A stretch of 44,241 nucleotides of DNA, from sequence record MK373773.1, one strand, 5' to 3'. Positions 6,996-15,306 of the stretch are shown here, piece by piece. The translations under genes and the position numbers were made by a program. Positions within the stretch are counted from its first letter, which is position 1; each line of letters opens with the position of its first letter. Under the pieces are notes generated by a model, which was not told the origin of the DNA, made no database searches, and saw only the letters and a program-made list of their open reading frames with translations. This DNA comes from Escherichia phage vB_EcoP_KAW1A4500.

Positions 6996-8084
6996 ATGGC
7001 TATTATTCAGAACGTACCGTGTCCTGCCTGTCAAAAGAATGGACATGATATTACTGGCAACCATCTTATGATATTTGAGGATGGCGCTGGTTACTGCAAC
7101 CGTGGTCACTTCCATGATAACGGCAAGCCTTATTACCATAAGCCAGAGGGTGGCATCGAGATAACCGAATTACCTATTACTGGCAATATCAAATATACAC
7201 CTTCTCAGTTTAAAGAGATGGAGAAGGAAGGGAAGATTAGTGACCCTAAGCTACGCGCCATCGCACTTGGTGGTATGCGTATGAAAGACCGTTGGGAGGT
7301 CATGAATGAGCAAGAAAGGGCAGAACAAGAAGCAGAGTGGAAACTTGATGTTGAATGGTTCCTCACGCTCAAGCGTAAGAACCTTGTATCCCGTCACATT
7401 CGAGGTGACATCGCAGCAATGTACGATGTGCGCGTTGGACACGATGAAGAGGGAAGAGTCAACCGTCACTATTATCCACGATATGAAAAGGGTGTGCTTG
7501 TTGGAGCAAAATGCCGGACGTTGCCGAAGGATTTTAAGTTCGGACACCTAGGTAAACTCTTTGGTATGCAAGACCTTTTCGGTATGAACACTTTGTCTCA
7601 CGTGTTAGACAAGGGAAGACGAAAGGATTGCTTGCTTATTGTGGGCGGCGAACTGGATGCACTAGCAGCACAGCAGATGCTCCTTGATTCTGCCAAGGGT
7701 ACTAAGTGGGAAGGCCAGCCTTACCATGTATGGTCTGTCAATAAAGGTGAGTCTTGCCTTGAAGAGATAGTGCAGAACCGTGAGCATATCGCCCAATTCA
7801 AGAAGATTATATGGGGTTTTGATGGAGATGAGGTGGGGCAGAAGCAGAATCAGCAAGCGGCTCGCCTGTTTCCTGGCAAATCCTATATCCTTGAATACCC
7901 TTCTGGTTGCAAAGATGCTAACAAGGCATTGATGGCAGGGCTAAAGAGTTTGTTGATGCTTGGTTTAATGCCAAGTCATCTGATGAAGTCTTTGGTAGCC
8001 AGATTAAATCTATCGCATCTCAAAGGGATAAGCTCAAGGCTGCACGTCCAGAGCAAGGGTTATCATGGCCTTGGCCTAAGCTGA
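6996..8084 (+). CDS. DNA primase domain of a gene-4-like primase/helicase; ORF tail is out of frame
   Basis: N-terminal Cys4 zinc ribbon (CPACQ...CNRGH) and TOPRIM-like GFDGDE segment up to CKDAN; after about 7932 the homologous reading continues in another frame. Confidence 0.85.
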   Translation: MAIIQNVPCPACQKNGHDITGNHLMIFEDGAGYCNRGHFHDNGKPYYHKPEGGIEITELPITGNIKYTPSQFKEMEKEGKISDPKLRAIALGGMRMKDRWEVMNEQERAEQEAEWKLDVEWFLTLKRKNLVSRHIRGDIAAMYDVRVGHDEEGRVNRHYYPRYEKGVLVGAKCRTLPKDFKFGHLGKLFGMQDLFGMNTLSHVLDKGRRKDCLLIVGGELDALAAQQMLLDSAKGTKWEGQPYHVWSVNKGESCLEEIVQNREHIAQFKKIIWGFDGDEVGQKQNQQAARLFPGKSYILEYPSGCKDANKALMAGLKSLLMLGLMPSHLMKSLVARLNLSHLKGISSRLHVQSKGYHGLGLS

Positions 8085-8927
8085 ACAAGGTAACGCTAGG
8101 TATTCGTAAGAACCAGCTTATCATTGTAGGTGCAGGCTCTGGTGTAGGTAAGACTGAGTTCCTCCGCGAAGTGGTTAAACACCTCATTGAAGAGCACGGT
8201 GAATCTGTAGGCATCATTTCTACAGAAGACCCGATGGTCAAGGTGTCCCGTGCTTTTATCGGTAAGTGGATTGATAAGCGCATTGAGTTACCGCCAACCA
8301 ATGACCCGAAAGAAGACGGATACCGTGAGGTGTTCGACTACACCGAGGAAGAAGCTAACGCTGCCATTGATTATGTGGCTGATACAGGAAAGCTATTTGT
8401 GGCTGACTAGAAGGCGACTATTCTATGGAGAAGGTAGAGCAAACTTGCCTAGTTTGAGGCTATGGGCATTTCTAATATCATCATTGATAACTTAACGGGG
8501 ATTAAATTAGATGAGCGTGCTTTTGGGGAAGGTTGGTGCACTTGATGAATGCGTCAAACGAATTGGTACTATCAAAGACCGACATGCGGTTACGATTTTC
8601 CTTGTCTCTCACCTTACACGTCCTCCGGCAAACCGTACCCAACACGAAGAAGGTGGCGAAGTTATCCTTTCTGACTTCCGAGGCTCAGGCGCTATCGGAT
8701 TCTGGGCATCTTACGCCTTGGGATTGAGCGTAAGAGAACGCTTGATGAAAGGACTACCACGTACATCTCGTGTGTCAAAGACCGCGATCAAGGTATCTAC
8801 ACTGGAAAAGGTCATGCTTAAAGGTGACATTCAGACCGGACGTTTGATGGAACCACAAGCCCGTACTAAGTCATTTGATACAGTGAAGCAAGGCAGCAAG
8901 AGGTGCCTGATTTACCGGACACTATAG
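7922..8927 (+). pseudogene. Helicase domain of gene-4-like primase/helicase, split into at least three frame segments
   Basis: Walker A GAGSGVGKT in frame 2 (open 7922..8407), Walker B-like NIIIDNLTG in frame 2 (8453..8542), HEEGGEV...RGSGAI in frame 0 (8511..8927); stops in all three frames between 8404 and 8510. Confidence 0.8.
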
Positions 8928-8932
8928 AAGAG
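8910..8932 (+). promoter_or_regulatory. Phage RNAP promoter P3 (ATTTACCGGACACTATAGAAGAG)
   Basis: Near-perfect consensus 23-mer overlapping the 3-prime end of the helicase ORF. Confidence 0.8.
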
Positions 8933-8960
8933 AAAACTTTGAAGATGAACAGGAGTTTTA

Positions 8961-9086
8961 ATGGAAATTATTAAAAGTATTGATATCGGTATTGAGATTG
9001 TGATCAGATTATCACGATATGGATTCAAAGCGGTGAAAAATCTGGTTTTCTTATCAAATGTTCTTTATTGTAACACGCTTATCTAG
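8961..9086 (+). CDS. Small hydrophobic protein, hypothetical (41 aa)
   Basis: ATG at 8961 after AGGAG; first ORF downstream of P3; below ORF-track cutoff. Confidence 0.35.
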   Translation: MEIIKSIDIGIEIVIRLSRYGFKAVKNLVFLSNVLYCNTLI

Positions 9087-9102
9087 TGTATTTATCAGGG
9101 CT

Positions 9103-9120
9103 TGTCTCACACGTGAGACA
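9103..9120. promoter_or_regulatory. 18-bp palindrome TGTCTCAC-AC-GTGAGACA (family copy 3)
   Basis: Perfect 8-bp arms with 2-bp centre; GC-rich flanks extend the potential stem; intergenic. Confidence 0.7.
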
Positions 9121-9384
9121 GGCTTATTAAGTACATAAAAAATTGGAGATTGATTATGTATAATTAGTGCAGGTGATTATGTTCGTAACATCAATGCAAC
9201 CTCACGTAGATATCGTTGCCGTGGTACTAATGTAAGTGAAAACAGCTACTATGTAGAGTACAGTAATGGTATTAGACAGGCTTATCAAAAGGAATCAGCA
9301 CATAACTACCTTGAGAAGATTGGAGAGGTAAGCAATCAATGTAAGTGCGTACACGATGAGATTTGCGATAAGTGTGCCCGCCAG

Positions 9385-9816
9385 ATGCATAAAATGCTAT
9401 TATACCCTCTTCGCTATGGTGCTGGCATTCAAACCTTAGCAGAGGCATATGGCAAAGGTAAGACTACACTTAATAAAGATCGCCGCAATGTAATCACTAG
9501 TAAGACTCAAAGTGAAATGATTAAGCAATGTGGCACTGCACTAGGTGTTACGCAGTTTAACACTCGTGCTCTTGGTAAATCCACAGGACAAGCTATGGTG
9601 AAGATTGGTGAAGCCATGATGCACCCAAATGTACCTGTGCGAATCATGGATGTTGACCATGCAATCACAGAACACGGTACACCACGACGTGTAGCTAATA
9701 AGCATTTTGCCGACACTATAGAAGGTATTATCCGTAAGCAAGGGTTGAAAGGTCTTCACCTCTTGAATGGTGAAGAATTACTGTATCTCCCTATTGTTAC
9801 TGAAAAACCTACGTGA
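9385..9816 (+). CDS. Cys-rich protein, hypothetical; ORF may really begin at ATG 9156 (frame break at 9157-9165)
   Basis: ORF track 9385..9816; the same frame is open back to 9154 without a start codon, while a GGAG-preceded ATG at 9156 is one base out of frame. Confidence 0.5.
   Translation: MHKMLLYPLRYGAGIQTLAEAYGKGKTTLNKDRRNVITSKTQSEMIKQCGTALGVTQFNTRALGKSTGQAMVKIGEAMMHPNVPVRIMDVDHAITEHGTPRRVANKHFADTIEGIIRKQGLKGLHLLNGEELLYLPIVTEKPT
9703..9725 (+). promoter_or_regulatory. Weak internal phage-promoter-like site (GCCGACACTATAGAAGG core)
   Basis: Core GACACTATAGAAGG is exact; upstream recognition region has about 3 mismatches; lies inside the 9385..9816 ORF. Confidence 0.25.
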
Positions 9817-9836
9817 ATATTTAAGGAGTGTTAATC

Positions 9837-10052
9837 ATGACTAAAGTTCTAATTTATAAACAACGAGGTCTTAAGGCTTATGCTATTGTAGCACCAAATG
9901 GTGTTAAAAAAGTAAGTTGTAAGCCTCTTGCAATAAAAGGTGCAGGTATGTCTGCTAACTTCCAATTGCAACTTTTTGGCAATTTCACAGAAGCGCAATT
10001 CCGCAATAAACATGAAGTTATTGGTTCTTTTATGGTGAAACATGCAGAATAA
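9837..10052 (+). CDS. Hypothetical protein (71 aa)
   Basis: ORF track 9828..10052; ATG at 9837 with AAGGAG 8 nt upstream. Confidence 0.55.
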   Translation: MTKVLIYKQRGLKAYAIVAPNGVKKVSCKPLAIKGAGMSANFQLQLFGNFTEAQFRNKHEVIGSFMVKHAE

Positions 10053-10251
10053 ACACAGCCTTAAGATGTTTGATGGTCACGAAGACCTGCAAGCACACAT
10101 CACTAACCAAGCCTTCCTGTTTGCACAGTTAACTATGGCTGAAGCAAAGAAGAATAGTCTGACACGTGAGCAGGTTATCAAGGAGGCAACTTGGGAGCCA
10201 CACCAAGGCAAATACATGGGCCAGAGATTTACTGTAACACGCAGTCGATAA
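10042..10251 (+). CDS. Hypothetical protein (69 aa)
   Basis: ORF track; overlaps previous stop; a T7 gp2-like role is possible by position but unsupported. Confidence 0.45.
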   Translation: MQNKHSLKMFDGHEDLQAHITNQAFLFAQLTMAEAKKNSLTREQVIKEATWEPHQGKYMGQRFTVTRSR

Positions 10252-10260
10252 GTAAAGGGT

Positions 10261-10278
10261 TGTCTCACACGTGAGACA
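10261..10278. promoter_or_regulatory. 18-bp palindrome TGTCTCAC-AC-GTGAGACA (family copy 4)
   Basis: Identical to copy 3; 10 bp after the stop of the 10042..10251 ORF. Confidence 0.7.
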
Positions 10279-10308
10279 GCCTTTCATCATATTGATTGGA
10301 GGTACATT

Positions 10309-10416
10309 ATGTCACGTGATTATGATTCTGATTGGGACTACTATGACTCAATGAATCCAAAACCTGAACATTCAGATGATTATTATTGGGTGGAGGAAAT
10401 GTATGAAGACTGTTGA
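10309..10416 (+). CDS. Small acidic protein, hypothetical (35 aa)
   Basis: ATG at 10309 after GGAGG; overlaps the DNA polymerase start; below ORF-track cutoff. Confidence 0.3.
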   Translation: MSRDYDSDWDYYDSMNPKPEHSDDYYWVEEMYEDC

Positions 10417-12949
10417 TTGGAAGAAGGAGGCAGAAGGCCGTATCCTCGTGATGGATGCGGAAGCTAAAGGACTCCTTGACGCTATCCGCTATGGTCATCG
10501 TGAAGATGTGCATATCATTTGCTGCATGGACTTGCTTACTACCGAGGAGTTTCTCTTCTTTGACCCGTATGAGATGCGTGACCCTGAAGCAAGAGAACAC
10601 CTGAAGGAATGGGAAGGTCATCAAGATGGTGACTTGGTTGATGGTGTTAACTTCCTGAAGCACTGTGAAGCTATTGTGTCGCAGAACTTCCTAGGGTACG
10701 ACGGCCTTCTATTTGAGAAAGCATTCCCTGATATCTGGAAAGGCTTTAACTATACCGAGAGACGCGGCAAGGGCAGACTCCGCGCTGACCTGTGTCCGGT
10801 ACGCGTCATGGATACGCTGGTCATGAGTCGCCTGTTAAACCCCGATAGACGCCTCCCTCCGCAAGCATACGCCAAAGGCATGGGTAACGTAGCCCCTCAC
10901 TCAATTGAGGCGCACGGCATTCGTATAGGCCGTTATAAGCCGGAGAACGAGGATTGGTCTAAACTAACTGACCACATGGTACATCGTGTACGCGAGGACG
11001 TGGCGATAGGCCGTGACCTATTCCTCTGGCTATTTAACGGAGAATGGACGGAGCACAAACGCCGTGGCGTGAATAAACGCACTGGCCTAGGTATTGAGAC
11101 AGCCTTCCACATGGAGTCCATTGTGGCGCTGGAGATGAGCCGTCAGGCCGAGCGTGGATTCCGTCTGGATATAGATAAAGCATTAGCACGATGCGAGGAA
11201 TTGGACGCTAAGATTGATGAGACAGTCGCAGCGTTCCGTCCGCACATGCCTATGCGTATCAAGTCTAAACCTTTTAAACCGGAAGAAAAGAATGAAGTAT
11301 GCCAACGCGCAAATGAGTATGGAGCTAGCAACAATATACCTACTGTCCTTGACCCCTCTCACTTTCTTCACGCAGAGAGACGAGGAGATCGCAAGACAGT
11401 ATGGAGTGTCACTACTAAGTCTGGTGATTGGTCGGCTAGCGTCAAGAAAGACTTTCCTCACCTTAGAGGAAACCGTAATGACACGCCAAGCATCAAGTGG
11501 ATTGGCGCTTACTCGCCTGTTACTTTCGAAGAGATTCCCTTGGGTAACAGGGATACAGTTAAGCAAGTGCTCTATGATTATGGATGGAAAGGTGTTGAAT
11601 TTAACGATACCGAGCAAGCGCATCTCGATGAGCATGGCGTATTACCCAAGCCTTGGAGTGGGAAGATAAATGAAAAGTCCCTTACTTTATGGCAAGAGAG
11701 AGCCGCACGTGAAGGTAAAACAGTCCCTGATTGGTGCTTGGGTATCGCTGCATGGTACATACTCGTATCCCGTCGTGGTCAGATCCTCAACCGTGGTGAC
11801 GTTGAAGCCTTCGACCAGAAGGGGGTGTGGCCTTCGCAAGCTGGTATACGAAAGTGTCGCGGCCTTGTACCTGTAGCATTTAACAAGGAGTTAGGAATCA
11901 ATGCGCAGCAATACTACGAAAGGTACGGATGCTGGCCTACGTCAGACAAGGATGACGGAGAATGGCGTGTGCCAGCTATTGCTATTAGTATTGGAACTTC
12001 TACGTTCCGTATGCGTCATCGTAACGTGGTTAATATTCCTGCCCGTGGTTTGTATCCTTTACGTGATTTATTCATAGCCGGTAAAGGTAAGCTAATCCTT
12101 GGTTGTGATGGTGCTGGTCTTGAACTACGTGTACTGTCTCACTTCATGAATGACCCTGAATATCAAGATATTGTACTGCATGGTGACATTCACACCCATA
12201 ATCAAATGAAGGCTGGTCTTCCTAAGCGTGACATGGCGAAGACATTTATATATGCCTTCCTATATGGGTCTGGTATAGCTAACCTTGCAGCAGTATGTGG
12301 TGTTACTGAGGAAGAAATGGAGGAAGTTGTGGCAAGATTTGAGGTTGAACTACCATCTCTTGCACGTCTTCGTGAGAATGTTATCGCACAAGGTAACAAG
12401 TTTGGCTACCTACAAGCACCTGATGGTCATTGGGGTCGCATCCGTATGTCTGGTGGTGAACTTAAAGAGCACACTATGCTTAACGTACTACTCCAGATGA
12501 CTGGTTCTCTGTGTATGAAATACGCATTGGTCAGAGCGTTTGCAGTGATGCGCAAGGAAGGTGTGGCCTTAGATAGCATGGGAAACCCTTGCGGTATAGC
12601 TAACGTGCACGATGAAATCCAGATGGAAGTCCCTGAAGATGAGGTCTTGTATCTCAACTACGACTTGCCTTTCACCTTAGAAGGGTTCGAAACAGAGAAG
12701 GCTGCTGTGAAAGCAGTGTTCGATGCAGAGGAGAAACGTGTTCATGTGGATTCTGAAGGACGTATGTGGTCTGCTGCAAATCTCGTTAGCGTTGATGCTG
12801 ATGCTGGTGTACTTCATTGCCAGCGTCGTTATCACCGTGCAGGGCATATCATTGCCGATGCAATGACTTGGGCTGGTCATTATTTGAAGATGCGTTGTCC
12901 GATGGCAGGTGAGTATAAGATTGGTGCAAGCTGGAAGGAAACACACTGA
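10403..12949 (+). CDS. DNA polymerase, family A with 3-prime to 5-prime exonuclease domain (T7 gene 5 family)
   Basis: ORF track 10376..12949 with ATG at 10403 after GGAGGA; exo motif VMDAEAKGL, motif A GCDGAGLELRVLSHF, motif C VHDEIQ. Confidence 0.9.
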   Translation: MKTVDWKKEAEGRILVMDAEAKGLLDAIRYGHREDVHIICCMDLLTTEEFLFFDPYEMRDPEAREHLKEWEGHQDGDLVDGVNFLKHCEAIVSQNFLGYDGLLFEKAFPDIWKGFNYTERRGKGRLRADLCPVRVMDTLVMSRLLNPDRRLPPQAYAKGMGNVAPHSIEAHGIRIGRYKPENEDWSKLTDHMVHRVREDVAIGRDLFLWLFNGEWTEHKRRGVNKRTGLGIETAFHMESIVALEMSRQAERGFRLDIDKALARCEELDAKIDETVAAFRPHMPMRIKSKPFKPEEKNEVCQRANEYGASNNIPTVLDPSHFLHAERRGDRKTVWSVTTKSGDWSASVKKDFPHLRGNRNDTPSIKWIGAYSPVTFEEIPLGNRDTVKQVLYDYGWKGVEFNDTEQAHLDEHGVLPKPWSGKINEKSLTLWQERAAREGKTVPDWCLGIAAWYILVSRRGQILNRGDVEAFDQKGVWPSQAGIRKCRGLVPVAFNKELGINAQQYYERYGCWPTSDKDDGEWRVPAIAISIGTSTFRMRHRNVVNIPARGLYPLRDLFIAGKGKLILGCDGAGLELRVLSHFMNDPEYQDIVLHGDIHTHNQMKAGLPKRDMAKTFIYAFLYGSGIANLAAVCGVTEEEMEEVVARFEVELPSLARLRENVIAQGNKFGYLQAPDGHWGRIRMSGGELKEHTMLNVLLQMTGSLCMKYALVRAFAVMRKEGVALDSMGNPCGIANVHDEIQMEVPEDEVLYLNYDLPFTLEGFETEKAAVKAVFDAEEKRVHVDSEGRMWSAANLVSVDADAGVLHCQRRYHRAGHIIADAMTWAGHYLKMRCPMAGEYKIGASWKETH

Positions 12950-13065
12950 TGGACAGGTTTGATGTTGTTTGCCTATTCTCTATCTTCTTTCTTATATTCC
13001 TTATGCTTGCTTGCTATGGAAGTATGCGATTAGGTATACCTGATGAAGAGGAGGGTTACGATTGA
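12949..13065 (+). CDS. Small membrane protein, hypothetical (38 aa)
   Basis: ATG overlaps the DNAP stop; hydrophobic core VVCLFSIFFLIFLMLACY. Confidence 0.3.
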   Translation: MDRFDVVCLFSIFFLIFLMLACYGSMRLGIPDEEEGYD

Positions 13066-13163
13066 TGCAAACTGCTTTTATCATTCTTGGGATCATATTA
13101 TTTATGGTAGTATTCTGGGCTTTCTCTGGCATTGACCCAGATTGTGATGGTAACTACGACTGA
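13065..13163 (+). CDS. Small membrane protein, hypothetical (32 aa)
   Basis: ATG overlaps the previous stop; hydrophobic core AFIILGIILFMVVFWAF. Confidence 0.3.
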   Translation: MQTAFIILGIILFMVVFWAFSGIDPDCDGNYD

Positions 13164-13231
13164 GTTATACTCAAGGTCACTTACGAGTGGCCTTTATGAA
13201 TAACTTATTCCTACTTATTTTGTCTAACATG

Positions 13232-13254
13232 ATTTACTGGACACTATAGAAGGA
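13232..13254 (+). promoter_or_regulatory. Phage RNAP promoter P4 (ATTTACTGGACACTATAGAAGGA)
   Basis: Consensus 23-mer, intergenic. Confidence 0.8.
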
Positions 13255-13318
13255 AAGCCTAGGTAATCTAGGTTTATAAGGTAGTATAGGTAATTAAGTA
13301 AATATAGGAGATATAAAT
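13255..13318. other. AT-rich TAGG-repeat element downstream of P4
   Basis: CCTAGGTAATCTAGG...GTAGTATAGGTAATT resembles the elements at 6660..6790 and 38370..38435. Confidence 0.35.
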
Positions 13319-13696
13319 ATGTCTATGGTAACTACTCTGGTATTCGTGGCTCAATACTTTCGTGGTCTGGCTAATAAGTTCAAGGCTAAGGCTATCAAAG
13401 CTATTGAGTCTCGCATCGAAGCAGTGCAGGCAGAGCAGGTTGAAGTTGAAGAACATCGCAGCTCTCAAATGATTGACTGCCATAACCGCTACTATGCATC
13501 TCGTGATGACCTTAATGCGCGTCAAGTCAAAGAAGTGGAAGAGATGTTAGCTCGTCACCAGCAAGAGCGTGACAAACTGAAAGCTGACTTCGAAGAGAAC
13601 AAGGCATCCATTGCTCTGGTACATCAAGCTGCATCTGACAGTCTGAAGAAAGAGATTGTTATGCTGGAGATTGAACTGGACAACCTGACTAAGTAA
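13319..13696 (+). CDS. Coiled-coil protein, hypothetical (125 aa)
   Basis: ORF track; AGGAG RBS; charged heptad-like sequence. Confidence 0.6.
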   Translation: MSMVTTLVFVAQYFRGLANKFKAKAIKAIESRIEAVQAEQVEVEEHRSSQMIDCHNRYYASRDDLNARQVKEVEEMLARHQQERDKLKADFEENKASIALVHQAASDSLKKEIVMLEIELDNLTK

Positions 13697-13702
13697 GGAG
13701 TT

Positions 13703-14002
13703 ATGATGGAAGAAGTAATTCAAGCTAAACATGTAGGTATCATCTTTCGTGATCTAGAGCAGCGTAAAGTTGCAGGTCATACTCGTCTGGCTAAAGAAGA
13801 AGACACCGCAATCACTACTGTAGAACAAGCAGATACCTATCGTGGGCCAGAGTTCACTCAAGGTGAAACTTGTCACCAATTGAGCCTTTCACTTTGTGAT
13901 ACTATGGCTAGTGTAAATGTACAAGAGGTTGAAGATGGTGAATGTGTTAGCTATGTCTACCCTCTCGACACTATTGCACGTATTAAGGTAGTTCATAAGT
14001 AA
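13703..14002 (+). CDS. Hypothetical protein (99 aa)
   Basis: ORF track; AAGGAG RBS. Confidence 0.55.
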   Translation: MMEEVIQAKHVGIIFRDLEQRKVAGHTRLAKEEDTAITTVEQADTYRGPEFTQGETCHQLSLSLCDTMASVNVQEVEDGECVSYVYPLDTIARIKVVHK

Positions 14003-14023
14003 TTACTGGACACTATAGAACAA
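14001..14023 (+). promoter_or_regulatory. Phage RNAP promoter P5 (AATTACTGGACACTATAGAACAA)
   Basis: Consensus core; followed by a roughly 140-nt leader with short hairpins (GTGCATCTTGCAC, CCCGATACTATATCGGG). Confidence 0.7.
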
Positions 14024-14166
14024 TAGGTCGGCTTAGTTCGGCCTATGATTGTAAAGTGTTGAACCGCCTTTTGTGCATCTTGCACAACCCGATACTATAT
14101 CGGGCTTTCTAGTGAGTACATGCTTGTGCTCAGTACAAAGCTAACTGACAATAGGAGACTAAATAA

Positions 14167-14973
14167 ATGGCACGTGGTGATTTTGATTTTGGTGCTCAGG
14201 TTACTAAAGCTGAAGGTAAAGTATTTAAGAACCCTGAAGTTGGTGATCATGAAGCAGTAATCTCTGGCATCATTCATGTTGGTTCCTTCCAAGATATCTT
14301 TAAGAAAGGTAATACCACTGAAGTTAAGAAGCCAGCAAACTTTGTTCTTGTTAAGATTGTCCTGATGGGCGACGATGATAAGAACGAAGATGACTCTCGC
14401 ATGGAACAATGGATGGCTGTGCCTCTGAAGTCTGGTGATAAGGCAACACTAACTAAGTTCCTGAATGCAGTTGACCCTAAAGAGTTGCTGGGTGGCTTCG
14501 ATGATTTTATCGGTGAATGTCTGACTGCAACTATGGTTGGCTCTGGCGACAAGAATGATGATGGTACTTTCAAGTATGTTAACTGGAAAGGCTTTGGTGG
14601 TATGCCGGATAAGCTGAAGAAACTTGTCATTGCTCAGGTTGAAGAAGAGGGTCTGTCTATGACAGGTCATATTACCTTCGACAAGCTGACCAAAGAAATC
14701 CTTGATGATATTCCTGCTAACTTGGTGCGTCAATACTTCCTGAACGAGACGCCTCGTGGCAAGAACCTGTCTGTTGCTGGCTCTCACGTAGAAGCAATCA
14801 TCAAAGCTGCTCGTGAAGAAGACCCAGAGTGGAAGAAAGCTAAGAAGAAAGATGAAGAGGATGCCACTCCAGCTAATCGTAGATCTCTGGATACCGGCGA
14901 GTCTGTTCCACAGGAAGTACCTGAAGCGGAGGACAACCCTGCACCTGAAATGGATGAAGACGCGGAATACTAA
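14167..14973 (+). CDS. Hypothetical protein with acidic C-terminal tail (268 aa); possible gp2.5-like ssDNA-binding protein
   Basis: ORF track; AGGAG RBS; C-terminus ...EAEDNPAPEMDEDAEY is acidic with a terminal aromatic residue as in T7 gp2.5 (weak, inference). Confidence 0.6.
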   Translation: MARGDFDFGAQVTKAEGKVFKNPEVGDHEAVISGIIHVGSFQDIFKKGNTTEVKKPANFVLVKIVLMGDDDKNEDDSRMEQWMAVPLKSGDKATLTKFLNAVDPKELLGGFDDFIGECLTATMVGSGDKNDDGTFKYVNWKGFGGMPDKLKKLVIAQVEEEGLSMTGHITFDKLTKEILDDIPANLVRQYFLNETPRGKNLSVAGSHVEAIIKAAREEDPEWKKAKKKDEEDATPANRRSLDTGESVPQEVPEAEDNPAPEMDEDAEY

Positions 14974-14982
14974 GGAGGGCGG

Positions 14983-15201
14983 ATGAAAGTACAAATTGTA
15001 ACTCTGCATTGCAAGAAAGGCATCACCACGCTTGGCGGTGGCACTTTCCACTCCTTCTCCGAAGGAGACACATACTCTGACCTGCACTACATCTGGCGCG
15101 ATGGGCAGCACGTGGTGAACTATAGTGACCCGGCTACGGGGAAGCGCCACGGCGTATCGCTTCCGGCGCATGACATTGCTCAGGTGAACACAGTTTTATA
15201 A
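14983..15201 (+). CDS. Hypothetical protein (72 aa)
   Basis: ORF track; AAGGAGGG RBS. Confidence 0.5.
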   Translation: MKVQIVTLHCKKGITTLGGGTFHSFSEGDTYSDLHYIWRDGQHVVNYSDPATGKRHGVSLPAHDIAQVNTVL

Positions 15202-15202
15202 A

Positions 15203-15218
15203 GTCTCACGTGTGAGAC
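15203..15218. promoter_or_regulatory. 16-bp palindrome GTCTCAC-GT-GTGAGAC (family copy 5, centre inverted)
   Basis: Same 7-bp arms; starts 2 bp after the preceding stop and lies 15 bp upstream of P6. Confidence 0.7.
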
Positions 15219-15233
15219 AAATCGGTGTCCGGT

Positions 15234-15256
15234 ATTTACTGGACACTATAGAAGAG
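15234..15256 (+). promoter_or_regulatory. Phage RNAP promoter P6 (ATTTACTGGACACTATAGAAGAG)
   Basis: Exact consensus 23-mer. Confidence 0.85.
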
Positions 15257-15306
15257 AAGAATTTTAATCGGCGATAATGCCATAACCAACAAAAGGAGAA
15301 TTTAAT

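Noticed and set aside
8250-8727. Plus-strand ORFs 8250..8495 and 8533..8727 inside the helicase region
   Set aside because: They are alternative-frame read-throughs created by the frame disruptions in the helicase domain, not independent genes; translations are low-complexity with no homology.
10042-10251. Assignment of the 69-aa ORF as a T7 gp2-like host RNA polymerase inhibitor
   Set aside because: Only a short C-terminal resemblance (FTVTRSR versus FEVTRVR) and similar size; too weak to call.
14449-15171. Minus-strand ORF of 240 aa
   Set aside because: Antisense to the + strand 268-aa gene with strong RBS and promoter context; no promoter or RBS on the minus strand.
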